Below, piece after piece: positions 1 to 11,881 of a DNA stretch of 20,218 nt. A program made the position numbers and the translations under genes. The notes below the pieces were generated by a model, which worked only from the letters and a program-made list of their open reading frames with translations, made no database searches and was not told the DNA's origin. Numbering within the stretch: the stretch's first letter is position 1; each line of letters begins with the position of its first letter. Source of the stretch: Candidatus Methylomirabilia bacterium (GTDB lineage Bacteria > Methylomirabilota > Methylomirabilia > Rokubacteriales > CSP1-6). The DNA is taken from assembly GCA_041497895.1 (NCBI GenBank), contig JBGQHJ010000090.1:1-20218 (forward strand), in the 5' to 3' direction.

Positions 1-2069
<2,069 letters not shown>

Positions 2070-2156
2070 TGTGGGTGACCTCGCGCCTTTCTCGAGTTCG
2101 GGTTGTCGTTCGCCCCGGGGGCACTATCTGCCCCGATGCTTCCTAAACCTGCGATC

Positions 2157-2162
2157 AGTATA
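2157..2162 (-). promoter_or_regulatory. Putative sigma70-type -10 element (TATACT) for clpC
   Basis: TATACT (5/6 match to TATAAT) in the AT-richer 172-bp lolD-clpC spacer, about 88 nt upstream of the clpC GTG. No convincing -35. Confidence 0.5.
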
Positions 2163-2219
2163 TGCCTTCCGCCGCCGCGGCACTAGGGATTTCTTGGCCG
2201 GCTTCCCGTCACCCCGCTG

Positions 2220-2232
2220 TAACCCATTGAAA
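2220..2232 (-). promoter_or_regulatory. IHF-like binding site
   Basis: The minus strand reads TTTCAATGGGTTA, one mismatch from the IHF consensus WATCAANNNNTTR. It is intergenic, upstream of the putative clpC -10. Confidence 0.35.
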
Positions 2233-2241
2233 CTGGTGACC

Positions 2242-2917
<676 letters not shown>

Positions 2918-2925
<8 letters not shown>

Positions 2926-4159
2926 AGCGCAGCACGTCCACCGGGTCCATGCGGGCGGCCCGCCGGGCCGGCGAGATGGTCGCGAGGAAGGAGATCACCA
3001 GGGTCGAGCCCACGATCATCGCGAAGTCGGAGCCGGTGAGCTTCATCGGCAGGTAGCTGATCTGGTAGACGTCGCCGGCGAGGCGGATGATCTTGTAGGT
3101 GTTCTGCACCCAGATCAGCAGGAGCCCGAACGCGCTGCCCGCCACGGTGCCCACCAGCCCGATCAGCATGCCGGCCACCAGGAACACCGCCCCGATGCTG
3201 CCGGCGCCCGCGCCCATCGCCTTGAGGATCCCGATCTCCTTGCGCTTCTCGGCCACCAGCAGCACCAAGTGGCCGATGATCGCGAAGGCGGCGACCAGCA
3301 CGATGATCGTGACGATCACGAAGAGGGCGAGCTTCTCGAGCTGGAGCGCGGCGAACAGGTTGCGATTCATGTCCATCCAGTCCCGGATCCAGAAAGCCCC
3401 GTTCAGGCGCCCGGCGATGGCTAGCCCCACGTCCTTGGCGTCGAACGGATTGGCGAGCTTGACCTCGACCCCGGTGACGCGGTCCCCGAGCCCCGCGAAC
3501 TCCTGGGCCGCGGCGAGCGTGGTGTAGGCCAGCGATACGTCGTACTCGTACATCCCGATCTCGACGTAGCCCGCCACCAGGAAGCGCCGCATCTTGGGTA
3601 CGAGCCCCACCGCGGTCATCGCCCCCTGCGGGGAGATCACCGTGATGTGGTCGCCCGCGACCACTCCCAGGCTCCGGGCCAGCTCGCGGCCGAGCAAAAG
3701 GGCAGGCTCCGGCCCGTCGAGCAGCGGCTTGACGCTGCCGAAGCGCACCTGCGCGGTGAGGGCGTCGCGCACCGCCGGCGTGGCCAGGTCGACCCCGCGC
3801 AGCAGGCCGCCGGTGGCTCCCCCGCCGGGCGAGGTGAACAGGGCCTGCTGCAGCACGAACGGGGTCGCGGAGATCACGCCGGGGACCGGGGCCACCCGCT
3901 CGGCGAGCGCTCCGCCGTTGGTCACCCCGCGGCCGCCCGCCTCCATGATCAGGACGTGGGGGTTGGCCGCGATGATCTTGTCGCGGATGCCGTCCTGGAA
4001 GCCGGTCATCACCGCCAGGACCACGATCAGGGCGCTGACCCCGAGGAACACGCCCCCGATGCCGATCCATACGAAGAGGGAAAGGTTCGTCCGGTGGCCG
4101 CGCGCGCGGAGGTAGCGCAGGCCGAGGAAGACCTCGAAGGGCAGGCTCGCGGGCCACAT
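2918..4159 (-). CDS. Lipoprotein-releasing ABC transporter permease, LolC/E family (single copy, possibly LolF type)
   Basis: Start placed at ATG 4159 (TGATG overlap with the lysS stop), 413 aa; the ORF-track extension to 4606 overlaps lysS. LRYLR N-terminus, TM1 [16 protein letters not shown], periplasmic domain, [30 protein letters not shown]-terminal [17 protein letters not shown]. Confidence 0.9.
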
Positions 4160-5724
4160 CAGGGAGCGGGCTCCGTCTCGTCGTCGCCCGCGTCGGCGCC
4201 GCCCCGCTCCGGCCGGAGGTGCGGGAACAGGATCACGTCGCGGATCGACGCGGCGTCGGTGAACAGCATCGCGAGCCGGTCGATGCCGATCCCCTCTCCC
4301 GCGGTCGGCGGCAGCCCGTACTCGAGGGCGCGCACGAAGTCCTCGTCCATCCAGTGCGCCTCCTCGTCCCCCCGCTCGCGCTCCGCGGCCTGCTCCTCGA
4401 AGCGGCGCCGCTGGTCGATGGGGTCGTTGAGCTCGGAGTAGGCGTTGGCGATCTCGCGCCGGGAGACGTAGAGCTCGAAGCGGTCGACGAGGCGCGGCTG
4501 GCCCGCCTTCTGCTTGGACAGGGGGGACAGCTCGATCGGGAAGTCCACCACGAAGGTGGGCTGCACCAGGGACGGCTCCACCAGCGTGTCGAAGATCTCC
4601 TTCCACAGCGTCACCGCGCCCTCGTCGCCCCGGAGGATCGCCTGGGTCTTGCGATCGCCCGCGAAGCCCCCTCGGCGGGTCGCGGCTTCCCCGAGCGCGC
4701 GCGCGTCGGTGTCGGGGGTGACCGGGCTGCCCAAGGCCTCGCTCAGGCCCTCGAAGAACGGCAGGCGGCGCCAGGGCGGAGCCAGGCGTACCGTCTCGCC
4801 CTGGTACGTCAGGGTGGCGCCGCCGAGGAGGGTCTGGCCGAGATGCAGGAACAGCTCCTCGGTGAGCTCCATCAGGTCCTGGTAGTCGGCGTAGGCCTGG
4901 TAGAACTCGAGCATCGTGAACTCGGGATTGTGCTGGGTGGAGATGCCCTCGTTCCGGAAGCTGCGATTGATCTCGTACACCCGGTCGAGCCCGCCCACCA
5001 CCAGGCGTTTGAGGTACAGCTCGGGGGCGACGCGCAGGTAGAGCGGCATGTCGAGCGCGTTGTGGTGCGTCACGAATGGCTTGGCCGCCGCGCCCCCCGG
5101 GATCGGCTGCATCATCGGAGTCTCCACCTCGAGGAAGCCCCGCGCGTCGAAGAAGGCGCGCAGGGTCGTGATGAGGCGGCTCTTCATGACGAATGCCTCA
5201 CGGACCTGGGGATTCACGATCAGGTCGACGTAGCGCCGGCGATAGCGGGTCTCCACGTCCTTCAGGCCGTGCCACTTCTCGGGCAGGGGGCGAAGGGCCT
5301 TGGTCAGGAACTCGAACTGCTTGACCGCCACCGTCAGCTCGTTGGTCCGCGTGCGGAACAGCTCGCCGGTGACCCCGATGAAGTCGCCGACGTCCAGGTC
5401 CACGAAGGCCGCGTACGCGGGGCCGAGCACGTCGGCCCGCGCGTAGAGCTGGATCGGGCCGGAGTGGTCCCGCAGCACCGCGAAGCAGCTCTTGCCGTGG
5501 TGCCGCATCGCCATCACGCGCCCGGCCAGCGAGACCGGGCCCGCGCTCTGCAGCACCGCCTCGTCGGCGTCCTTGAAGCGCACCTGGAGCGTGCCGCCCC
5601 AGTGGGTGACCGGGAAGCGCGCTCCGAACGGGCTCACGCCGCGCGCCCGCCAGGCCTCGAGCTTTTCGCGGCGGCGGCGCATCTGCTCGTTGGCGTCGGA
5701 GGGCAGGCCGGGGGAGGTCGTCAT
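4159..5724 (-). CDS. lysS: Lysine--tRNA ligase (class II)
   Basis: 521 aa; N-terminal OB fold, [34 protein letters not shown], motif 2 [18 protein letters not shown], motif 3 [16 protein letters not shown]. Canonical prfB-lysS order. Confidence 0.97.
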   Translation of the reverse strand: MTTSPGLPSDANEQMRRRREKLEAWRARGVSPFGARFPVTHWGGTLQVRFKDADEAVLQSAGPVSLAGRVMAMRHHGKSCFAVLRDHSGPIQLYARADVLGPAYAAFVDLDVGDFIGVTGELFRTRTNELTVAVKQFEFLTKALRPLPEKWHGLKDVETRYRRRYVDLIVNPQVREAFVMKSRLITTLRAFFDARGFLEVETPMMQPIPGGAAAKPFVTHHNALDMPLYLRVAPELYLKRLVVGGLDRVYEINRSFRNEGISTQHNPEFTMLEFYQAYADYQDLMELTEELFLHLGQTLLGGATLTYQGETVRLAPPWRRLPFFEGLSEALGSPVTPDTDARALGEAATRRGGFAGDRKTQAILRGDEGAVTLWKEIFDTLVEPSLVQPTFVVDFPIELSPLSKQKAGQPRLVDRFELYVSRREIANAYSELNDPIDQRRRFEEQAAERERGDEEAHWMDEDFVRALEYGLPPTAGEGIGIDRLAMLFTDAASIRDVILFPHLRPERGGADAGDDETEPAP

Positions 5725-5735
5725 GGGGGCCGCGA

Positions 5736-6843
5736 TCAGGGCTGGGGGGCGGGGCGCGCGGCGGTGAGGTAGGCGCGGATGAACGGGTCGAGCCCACCGT
5801 CCATCACCGCCTCCACGTTGCCGACCTCCACGCCGGTTCGATGGTCCTTGATGATCTGGTACGGCGCGAAGGTGTAGGTGCGGATCTGGCTCCCGAACGC
5901 GATCTCTTTCTTCTCGCCGGTCAGATCGGCCAGCTCCTGCTTCTGCTTCTGCTCGTAGATCTGGAAGAGGCGCGACTTGAGGATGCGCATCGCGGTGTCC
6001 CGGTTGCGCAGCTGCGAGCGCTCGTTCTGGCAGGCCACCACGATCCCGCTCGGCAGGTGGGTGATGCGCACCGCGGAGTCCGCGGTGTTGACCCCCTGCC
6101 CACCCGGTCCGGAGGAGCGGTACACGTCCACCCGGAGGTCCTCGTCGCGAACCACGACCTCGACGTCCTCGACCTCGGGGATCACCGCGACCGAGGCGAA
6201 CGAGGTGTGCCGCCGCCGCGAGGCGTCGAAGGGAGAGATGCGGATCAGGCGGTGCACGCCGGTCTCGCCCTTGAGATGGCCGTAGGCGTACTCTCCGGTC
6301 ATCTCGATGGTCACCGACTTGATCCCCGCTTCCTCGCCCGCGAGCAGATCGACCACCTCGGCCTTGAAGCCGGCCCGCTCCGCCCAGCGCAGGTACATGC
6401 GCATGAGCATCTGGGCCCAGTCCTGCGACTCGGTGCCGCCCGCCCCCGGGTGGATGGAGAGGATCGCGTTCTTGCGGTCCTGCGGCCGGGACAGGATCAC
6501 CTTGAGCTCGAAGGCCTCGAGGTCCTCGCCCAGGCGCTTCAGGCCCTCCTGGATCTCGGCGGTCATGCTCTCGTCGCCGGCCTCGGTGGCCATCTCCCAG
6601 AGGAGTCGGTTCTCCTCGGCGCGGCCCGCGAGCTCCTTGAAGGTGCCGACGATGCGGGCCAGCTCGGCCCGCTCCTGCACGAGGGCCTGGGCCTTGCGGC
6701 TGTCCTCCCAGAACGACGGGGCGGACATCTCGGCGTCGATCAGGCCGAGGCGGGTCTCCTTGGCCGGCAGGTCAAAGATGCCCCCGGAGGTCGTCCAGAC
6801 GCTTGTCCAGCTCCGCCACGTCGCGCTTCAGCTCGCCTAGCAC
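5736..6843 (-). CDS. prfB: Peptide chain release factor 2, expressed through a +1 programmed frameshift (about 368 aa)
   Basis: GTG at 6843 with GGAGGT 10 nt upstream; 23 codons ([23 protein letters not shown]) end in CTT TGA C; the +1 frame continues DLPAKETRL into ORF 5736..6728, which carries the RF2 SPF motif (RISPFD) and GGQ. Confidence 0.96.
6771..6786 (-). other. RF2 +1 ribosomal frameshift cassette
   Basis: The minus strand reads CGG GGG CAT CTT TGA C, an internal SD-like G run 3 nt before the slippery CTT-TGA-C. It matches the classic AGG GGG TAT CTT TGA C cassette. Confidence 0.95.
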
Positions 6844-8381
6844 GTCGCGGGTGACCTCCGAAAGAAGGCAATGCCGGCTCCCGCGAGCCCGACCGCGGCG
6901 CAGGCATAGACGAGCCAGTCGCCGAGGCGCGCGTAGAGCGTGAGAGGACCCCGCAGAGGGATCCGGTGATGGAGCACGCCGCGCGCCAGCAGGGGCAGCG
7001 TGGGACCGATCCGTCCGGCGGGATCGACGAAGGCGGAGACGCCGGTGTTGGCGGCGCGCGCGATGGCCACCCGCTCCTCGACCGCGCGCAGCGGCAGCGT
7101 CCCCAGGTGCTGCCAGGGGCCGCTCGTCTCGCCGAACCACGCGTCGTTGGTGATGTTGGCCATGAAGCTCGCTCCGCCGATCACGAAACCCCGAAACAGC
7201 TCGGGGAAGATGACCTCGTAGCAGATCACGGTCCCGAACGGCGCGCCCGGCAGCGGAAAGACGGTCTGGGTGTCCCCTTCCCCGAATTCCGAGATGAACT
7301 CCGCCCAGCCCTTGACGAAGCCGAGCAGACCCGCGAGCGGAATGTACTCTCCGAACGGAACCAAGTGGATCTTATCATACTTGGCCGTAATCCCTTGTCC
7401 GGTCAGGAAAAATGCGCTGTTCAGGAACTGCCCGCGGGGCCCGTCCCGCCGGTCGATCGAGCCCACCAGGATGGGCGTGGCGATGTCCGCGGACAGCCGC
7501 CGCAGGCGATCGAGTAGCTCGGGGTCGCCGCGGAGGAAGATCGTGGTCGCGGTCTCCGGCCAGAGCACCACCGCCGGTCGGGTCAAGGCGGCCTCGCGGG
7601 TGAGTCGCTCGTAGATGTCGAGGATCTGGGCGTGACGTGCGGGATCCCACTTGAGCGTCTGCTCGATCGACGGCTGGATCACCGCGACGTCGACCGATCC
7701 CGCGCCGGCGCCGCCCACGGTACCGAGCGCACGCACTCCGAAGCCGAGCGTGCCCACGAGGAGCAGCGCCGCGGCCGCCGCGCCCGGCCACGCCCGTCGC
7801 GGCCCGAGCGCGAGCAGCGCGGCCAGCGCCGCGTTCACCGCCGCGATGACGAGCGACACCGCATAGACTCCGCCCAGCTCCGCGATCTGGATCACCGGCA
7901 GCTGCGCGTGCTGGGAATAGCCGAGCAGTCCCCACGGGAAGCCGCCCATGAGGTGCCCGCGTAGCCACTCCCCCACCACCCAGAGCGCGGGCGTGAAGGC
8001 GAGCGCGCGCCCGGCGCCGAGGCGGAGGGTGAGCCACGCGGCTATTCCCGCCACCGCTCCCAGGTACAAGCCGCAGTACGCGGCGAGGGCCACGATCGGC
8101 AGCCAAGTGACCGGCCACGGGATCGCGCTGTAGTGGAGGAAGGTGTGATCGAGCCAGTGCAGCAGCACCACGTAGAACACGGTGCCGGCGAGCCAGCCGT
8201 CCAGGAGCGCGGCGCGCGGCGCGCGCGTCGCCCCCGAGACCAGCGCGGGGACGAGCCATCCCCAGGCGAGCAGCGACCAGTCGGTCTTCGGGAAGGCCAG
8301 CGCCCCCAGCACTCCGGAGAGCGCGAGGACGACGAGGGACGCGGCGCGCGCCCGCGGGTTGGGCTCGGGCTCACGCTCCAC
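6837..8381 (-). CDS. lnt: Apolipoprotein N-acyltransferase
   Basis: 514 aa; multiple N-terminal TM helices, GGFPWGLLGYSQ, nitrilase triad E-K-C (LWPET, YDKIHLVPFGEY, ICYE), ITNDAWFG, RAANTGVS, TLYARLGDW. The exact start is slightly uncertain. Confidence 0.95.
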   Translation of the reverse strand: MEREPEPNPRARAASLVVLALSGVLGALAFPKTDWSLLAWGWLVPALVSGATRAPRAALLDGWLAGTVFYVVLLHWLDHTFLHYSAIPWPVTWLPIVALAAYCGLYLGAVAGIAAWLTLRLGAGRALAFTPALWVVGEWLRGHLMGGFPWGLLGYSQHAQLPVIQIAELGGVYAVSLVIAAVNAALAALLALGPRRAWPGAAAAALLLVGTLGFGVRALGTVGGAGAGSVDVAVIQPSIEQTLKWDPARHAQILDIYERLTREAALTRPAVVLWPETATTIFLRGDPELLDRLRRLSADIATPILVGSIDRRDGPRGQFLNSAFFLTGQGITAKYDKIHLVPFGEYIPLAGLLGFVKGWAEFISEFGEGDTQTVFPLPGAPFGTVICYEVIFPELFRGFVIGGASFMANITNDAWFGETSGPWQHLGTLPLRAVEERVAIARAANTGVSAFVDPAGRIGPTLPLLARGVLHHRIPLRGPLTLYARLGDWLVYACAAVGLAGAGIAFFRRSPATC

Positions 8382-9111
8382 TTGCGAGCCGATCGGCCAG
8401 AGCCCGCGGCAGCCCCGCGGCGAGGATTTTCCGGGCCGCGGCCGCGAGGTCGTACGGGACCCGGCGGATCGTCACTGTGCGGGCGTCGCGGTCCCAGATC
8501 GCGTAGCAGGCGCGCGGATCCCGGTCGCGCGGCTGGCCCACGCTGCCCACGTTGACCACGTAGCGCCGACCGTCGTCGAGACGCACCTGCGCCGCGGGCG
8601 CGTCGAGCCGGCCCGCGTGATCCGGGCCACCGCTGCCCACCGACCACACCCCGGGCAGGTGCGAGTGACCGACGAAGCAGAGACGCGTGGCGAAGTCGCC
8701 GAAGACCTGCAGCCCGTCCTCCGCCGAGACGAGGTAGTCCCACTCCTCGGGATTGCGGGGGCTCGCGTGCACCAGCGTGGCGTCCTCCACGGTGCGGACG
8801 AGGGGCAGGGCGGTCAGGTAGTCGCGGTGCCCCTGGTCGATCTGCTCGGCGGTCCAGCGGGCGGCCGCCCGCGCCCAGGGGTTGAACCACGCCAGATCGA
8901 GCAGGCCCAGGGCGGCGTGCTCGTGGTTGCCGGCCACCATGGCGCTCGCCCGTTCTCCGACGCGCTCCACGCACGCCACCGGGTCGGCGCCGTAGCCGAC
9001 CAGGTCTCCCAGGCACAGCAGCCCGAGCGCGCCCTCGGAGGCGGCGTCGGCCAGCACCGCGGTGAGCGCCTCGAGGTTAGCGTGGACGTCGGAGATGACG
9101 GCGTAGCGGAT
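8371..9111 (-). CDS. Calcineurin-like metallophosphoesterase (Metallophos_2-like), probable non-canonical ATC start
   Basis: The frame is open from the nusB stop and reads (I/M)RYAVISDVHANLEAL...LGDLVGYG...GNHE...VHASP...GHSH...NVGSVGQPRDRDPRA. All five metal motifs are present only if the gene begins upstream of the ORF-track GTG (9057). GGAG lies 6 nt before ATC 9111. Confidence 0.88.
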   Translation of the reverse strand: MRYAVISDVHANLEALTAVLADAASEGALGLLCLGDLVGYGADPVACVERVGERASAMVAGNHEHAALGLLDLAWFNPWARAAARWTAEQIDQGHRDYLTALPLVRTVEDATLVHASPRNPEEWDYLVSAEDGLQVFGDFATRLCFVGHSHLPGVWSVGSGGPDHAGRLDAPAAQVRLDDGRRYVVNVGSVGQPRDRDPRACYAIWDRDARTVTIRRVPYDLAAAARKILAAGLPRALADRLASGA

Positions 9112-9123
9112 GGCGGTCTCCGC

Positions 9124-9540
9124 TCAGGAAGCCGGAGCCTGCTCTTTGTGGATGCGATCGAGGATCCCGTTGATGAAGCGGCTCGACTCGTGGGTGCTGA
9201 ACTTCTTCGCCACCTCGAGGGCCTCGTTGATCGCCACCTTGGGGGGGACCCCGGTGCCCCACCGCAGCTCGAAGATGCCCTGGCGGAGGATGTTGCGGTC
9301 GACGACCGCCATCCGCTCGAACTCCCAGTTCTCGGCGTAGCGGACGATCAGCTCGTCGATCTCGGCCTCGTGCGTCTTGGTGCCGCGCACGAGCGCCTCC
9401 GCGAACTCGCGCGCGTCCGGGTCGACCGGGTGCCGCCGCCAGAAGTCGTCGAGATGCGGCTGCGGATCCTCCTCGCCCTGCACGTCGAGCTGGTAGAGGA
9501 GCTGGAGCGCGAGCTCGCGCGCCTTCCGACGGCGTCCCAT
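9124..9540 (-). CDS. nusB: Transcription antitermination factor NusB
   Basis: ATG 9540 (TGATG overlap with ribH), 138 aa; RRRKARELALQLLYQ, MAVVDRNILR, PPKVAINEALEVAKKF, FINGILD. Canonical ribH-nusB order. Confidence 0.96.
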   Translation of the reverse strand: MGRRRKARELALQLLYQLDVQGEEDPQPHLDDFWRRHPVDPDAREFAEALVRGTKTHEAEIDELIVRYAENWEFERMAVVDRNILRQGIFELRWGTGVPPKVAINEALEVAKKFSTHESSRFINGILDRIHKEQAPAS

Positions 9541-10034
9541 CAGCGCTTCCCGCGGCGTCGGCGCTGCTCGCGCAGCCACCCCGCCATCTCGAGCGCGGCC
9601 AGCGCGGCCTCCTCGCCGCGGTTGCCGACCGCCCCGCCCGCCCGCTCCCACGCCTGCTCCTCGGTGAGGGCGGTGATCACCCCGAAGGTGACCGGCACCC
9701 CGGTGTCGAGCCCGGCGCGGGCGATGCCGTGGGCCGCCACGCTGCAGACGTAGTCGAAGTGCGGGGTCGCGCCCTTGATGACCACGCCCACGCACACGAT
9801 GCCCGCGAAGCGCCGACTGCGGGCCAGCGTCATCGCGGCCGGGCCCAGCTCGAAGGAGCCGGGCACCCAGTGCACCTCCACGAGGTCGCCGCTCACCGCG
9901 TGGTCGGCGAGCGCGGCGAGGGCGCCGTCGAGCAGCTTCTTGGAGATGGCCTCGTTGAACCGGGCGACGACCACCGCGAAGCGCTGCCCGCGGGGGGCGG
10001 GGGCGACGGAGCGCTTCGGAGCGATGCCGGCCAT
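9540..10034 (-). CDS. ribH: 6,7-dimethyl-8-ribityllumazine synthase
   Basis: ATG 10034, 164 aa; VVARFN, VPGSFE, GVVIKGATPHFDYV, PVTFGVIT, NRGEEAALAALEM. Confidence 0.95.
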   Translation of the reverse strand: MAGIAPKRSVAPAPRGQRFAVVVARFNEAISKKLLDGALAALADHAVSGDLVEVHWVPGSFELGPAAMTLARSRRFAGIVCVGVVIKGATPHFDYVCSVAAHGIARAGLDTGVPVTFGVITALTEEQAWERAGGAVGNRGEEAALAALEMAGWLREQRRRRGKR

Positions 10035-10036
10035 GC

Positions 10037-11254
10037 CTAGTCCGGGAAGGACGAGAAGAGGTGCCCGAGCTTCTCGCGCTTGGTGCGCAGGTAGCTCCGG
10101 TTCGCGTCGGTGGCCGGCACCTCGAGCGGCAGGCGCTCGACGACCTTGAGCCCGTAGCCCTCGATGCCGACGATCTTCTTCGGATTGTTGGTCAGGATCT
10201 TCAGGTTCTTGACCCCGAGATCGACCAGGATCTGCGCGCCGATGCCGTAGTGGCGCAGGTCGGCCCGGAAGCCCAGCGCGTGGTTGGCCTCGACGGTGTC
10301 CTTGCCCTGGTCCTGCAGCTCGTAGGCCTTGAGCTTGTTCAGCAGGCCGATGCCGCGACCCTCCTGCCGCATGTAGACCAGGATGCCGCGCCCCTCGTGC
10401 TGGATGATGGCGAGCGCCTTGTGGAGCTGGGGCCCGCAATCGCAGCGGTGCGAGCCGAAGACGTCGCCGGTCAGACACTCCGAGTGCACGCGGACCAGCA
10501 CCGGGTCATCGGTCTTGACGTCGCCCAGCACCAGGGCGAGCGGCTGTCGCTCGTCCACCGTGGTCTCGTAGGCGATGACCTGGAATTCCCCGTGCTCGGT
10601 GGGCATGCGGGTGGTGGCGGCGCGGCGGACCAGCTTCTCCTTGTGGATGCGGTATTCGATCAGGGCCTTGATCGTGATGGCCTTGAGCCGGTACTCGCGG
10701 CCGAGCGCCATGAGCTCGGGCAGGCGCGCCATGCCGCCTTCATGGTCGAGCACCTCGCAGATCACGCCGGCGGGCGCGAAGCCGGCCAGGCGGGACAGGT
10801 CGACCGCGGCCTCGGTGTGGCCGGCGCGGCGCAGCACCCCGCCCGGCATCGCGCGCAGCGGAAAGATGTGCCCCGGCCGCGTGAGGTCCTCCGGCCGCGT
10901 CGCCGGGTCCACCAGCGTGCGAATGGTGACCGCGCGGTCGTAGGCGGAGGTCCCGGTGGTCACGCCCCGGCGGGCGTCCACGCTCACCGTGAAGGCGGTG
11001 CCGAGCGGCGCGGTGTTGTCCGACACCATCATGGAGATCTGTAGCTCGTCGAGGCGCTCGCCCATCATGGGCATGCAGATGAGCCCCCGGCCGAACCTGG
11101 CCATGAAGTTGACCGCCTCCGGGGTGGCCTTCTCGGCGGCCATGAGCAGGTCCCCCTCGTTCTCGCGGTCCTCGTCGTCGACCACGATGAGCATGCGACC
11201 GGCACGGATCTCCTCGATGCCTTCATCGATCGGGACGAACTCGGAATCGCTCAC
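10037..11254 (-). CDS. ribBA: Bifunctional DHBP synthase / GTP cyclohydrolase II
   Basis: GTG 11254 (GTGA overlap with ribE, purine-rich RBS), 405 aa; [63 protein letters not shown]. Confidence 0.96.
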   Translation of the reverse strand: MSDSEFVPIDEGIEEIRAGRMLIVVDDEDRENEGDLLMAAEKATPEAVNFMARFGRGLICMPMMGERLDELQISMMVSDNTAPLGTAFTVSVDARRGVTTGTSAYDRAVTIRTLVDPATRPEDLTRPGHIFPLRAMPGGVLRRAGHTEAAVDLSRLAGFAPAGVICEVLDHEGGMARLPELMALGREYRLKAITIKALIEYRIHKEKLVRRAATTRMPTEHGEFQVIAYETTVDERQPLALVLGDVKTDDPVLVRVHSECLTGDVFGSHRCDCGPQLHKALAIIQHEGRGILVYMRQEGRGIGLLNKLKAYELQDQGKDTVEANHALGFRADLRHYGIGAQILVDLGVKNLKILTNNPKKIVGIEGYGLKVVERLPLEVPATDANRSYLRTKREKLGHLFSSFPD

Positions 11255-11880
11255 CGGATCCCCTCTCTCCCGTCCGGCCCCCTCGCTGGGGCCGGCGGCT
11301 GCCGCAATTGCAAGATACGCTGCACGTACTTGCCGATCATATCCATCTCGAGGTTCACGCGCTTGCCCGGAGTCAGGCCCCCCAGGGTCGTCGCGGCCAG
11401 CGTGTGCGGGATCACCATGATCTCGAAGTCCCGCTCGTTGAGCCGCGCCACCGTGAGGCTCACCCCGTCCACCGCCACCGATCCCTGCGGGATCAGCAGG
11501 CGGGCCAACGCCTCGTCGGGCCATTCTATCGTGAGCCGGGCGGTCTCTGCCTGACGGGTCAGCGCGGCCACGGTCCCCACCCCGTCGACGTGCCCCTGGA
11601 CCAAGTGGCCGCCCACCATGCCTCCGAGCCGCATGGGGCGCTCGAGGTTGACCGGGTCGCCCACCGCCAGGTCGCCCAGCGCGGTTCGCGCCAGCGTCTC
11701 GGGCCCCACGTCGAAGCGGAGCCGCCCCGCTTCCACCTCGACCACCGTCAGGCACGCCCCGTTGACCGCCACGCTCGCCCCGACCCCGCTATCCTGGAGA
11801 ACGCGGTCGGCAGTGAGCACGAGGCGCGATCCCGCCCGCTCGAGCACCCTGCCGACCTCCTCCACCAGGCCCGTGAACAT
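11251..11880 (-). CDS. ribE: Riboflavin synthase (alpha chain; ribC in E. coli nomenclature)
   Basis: 209 aa; N-terminal [50 protein letters not shown]. Confidence 0.96.
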   Translation of the reverse strand: MFTGLVEEVGRVLERAGSRLVLTADRVLQDSGVGASVAVNGACLTVVEVEAGRLRFDVGPETLARTALGDLAVGDPVNLERPMRLGGMVGGHLVQGHVDGVGTVAALTRQAETARLTIEWPDEALARLLIPQGSVAVDGVSLTVARLNERDFEIMVIPHTLAATTLGGLTPGKRVNLEMDMIGKYVQRILQLRQPPAPARGPDGREGIR

Positions 11881-11881
11881 G

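Noticed and set aside
6729..6843. prfB as a frameshifted pseudogene
   Set aside because: The break is the canonical CTT TGA C programmed +1 site with its SD-like element.
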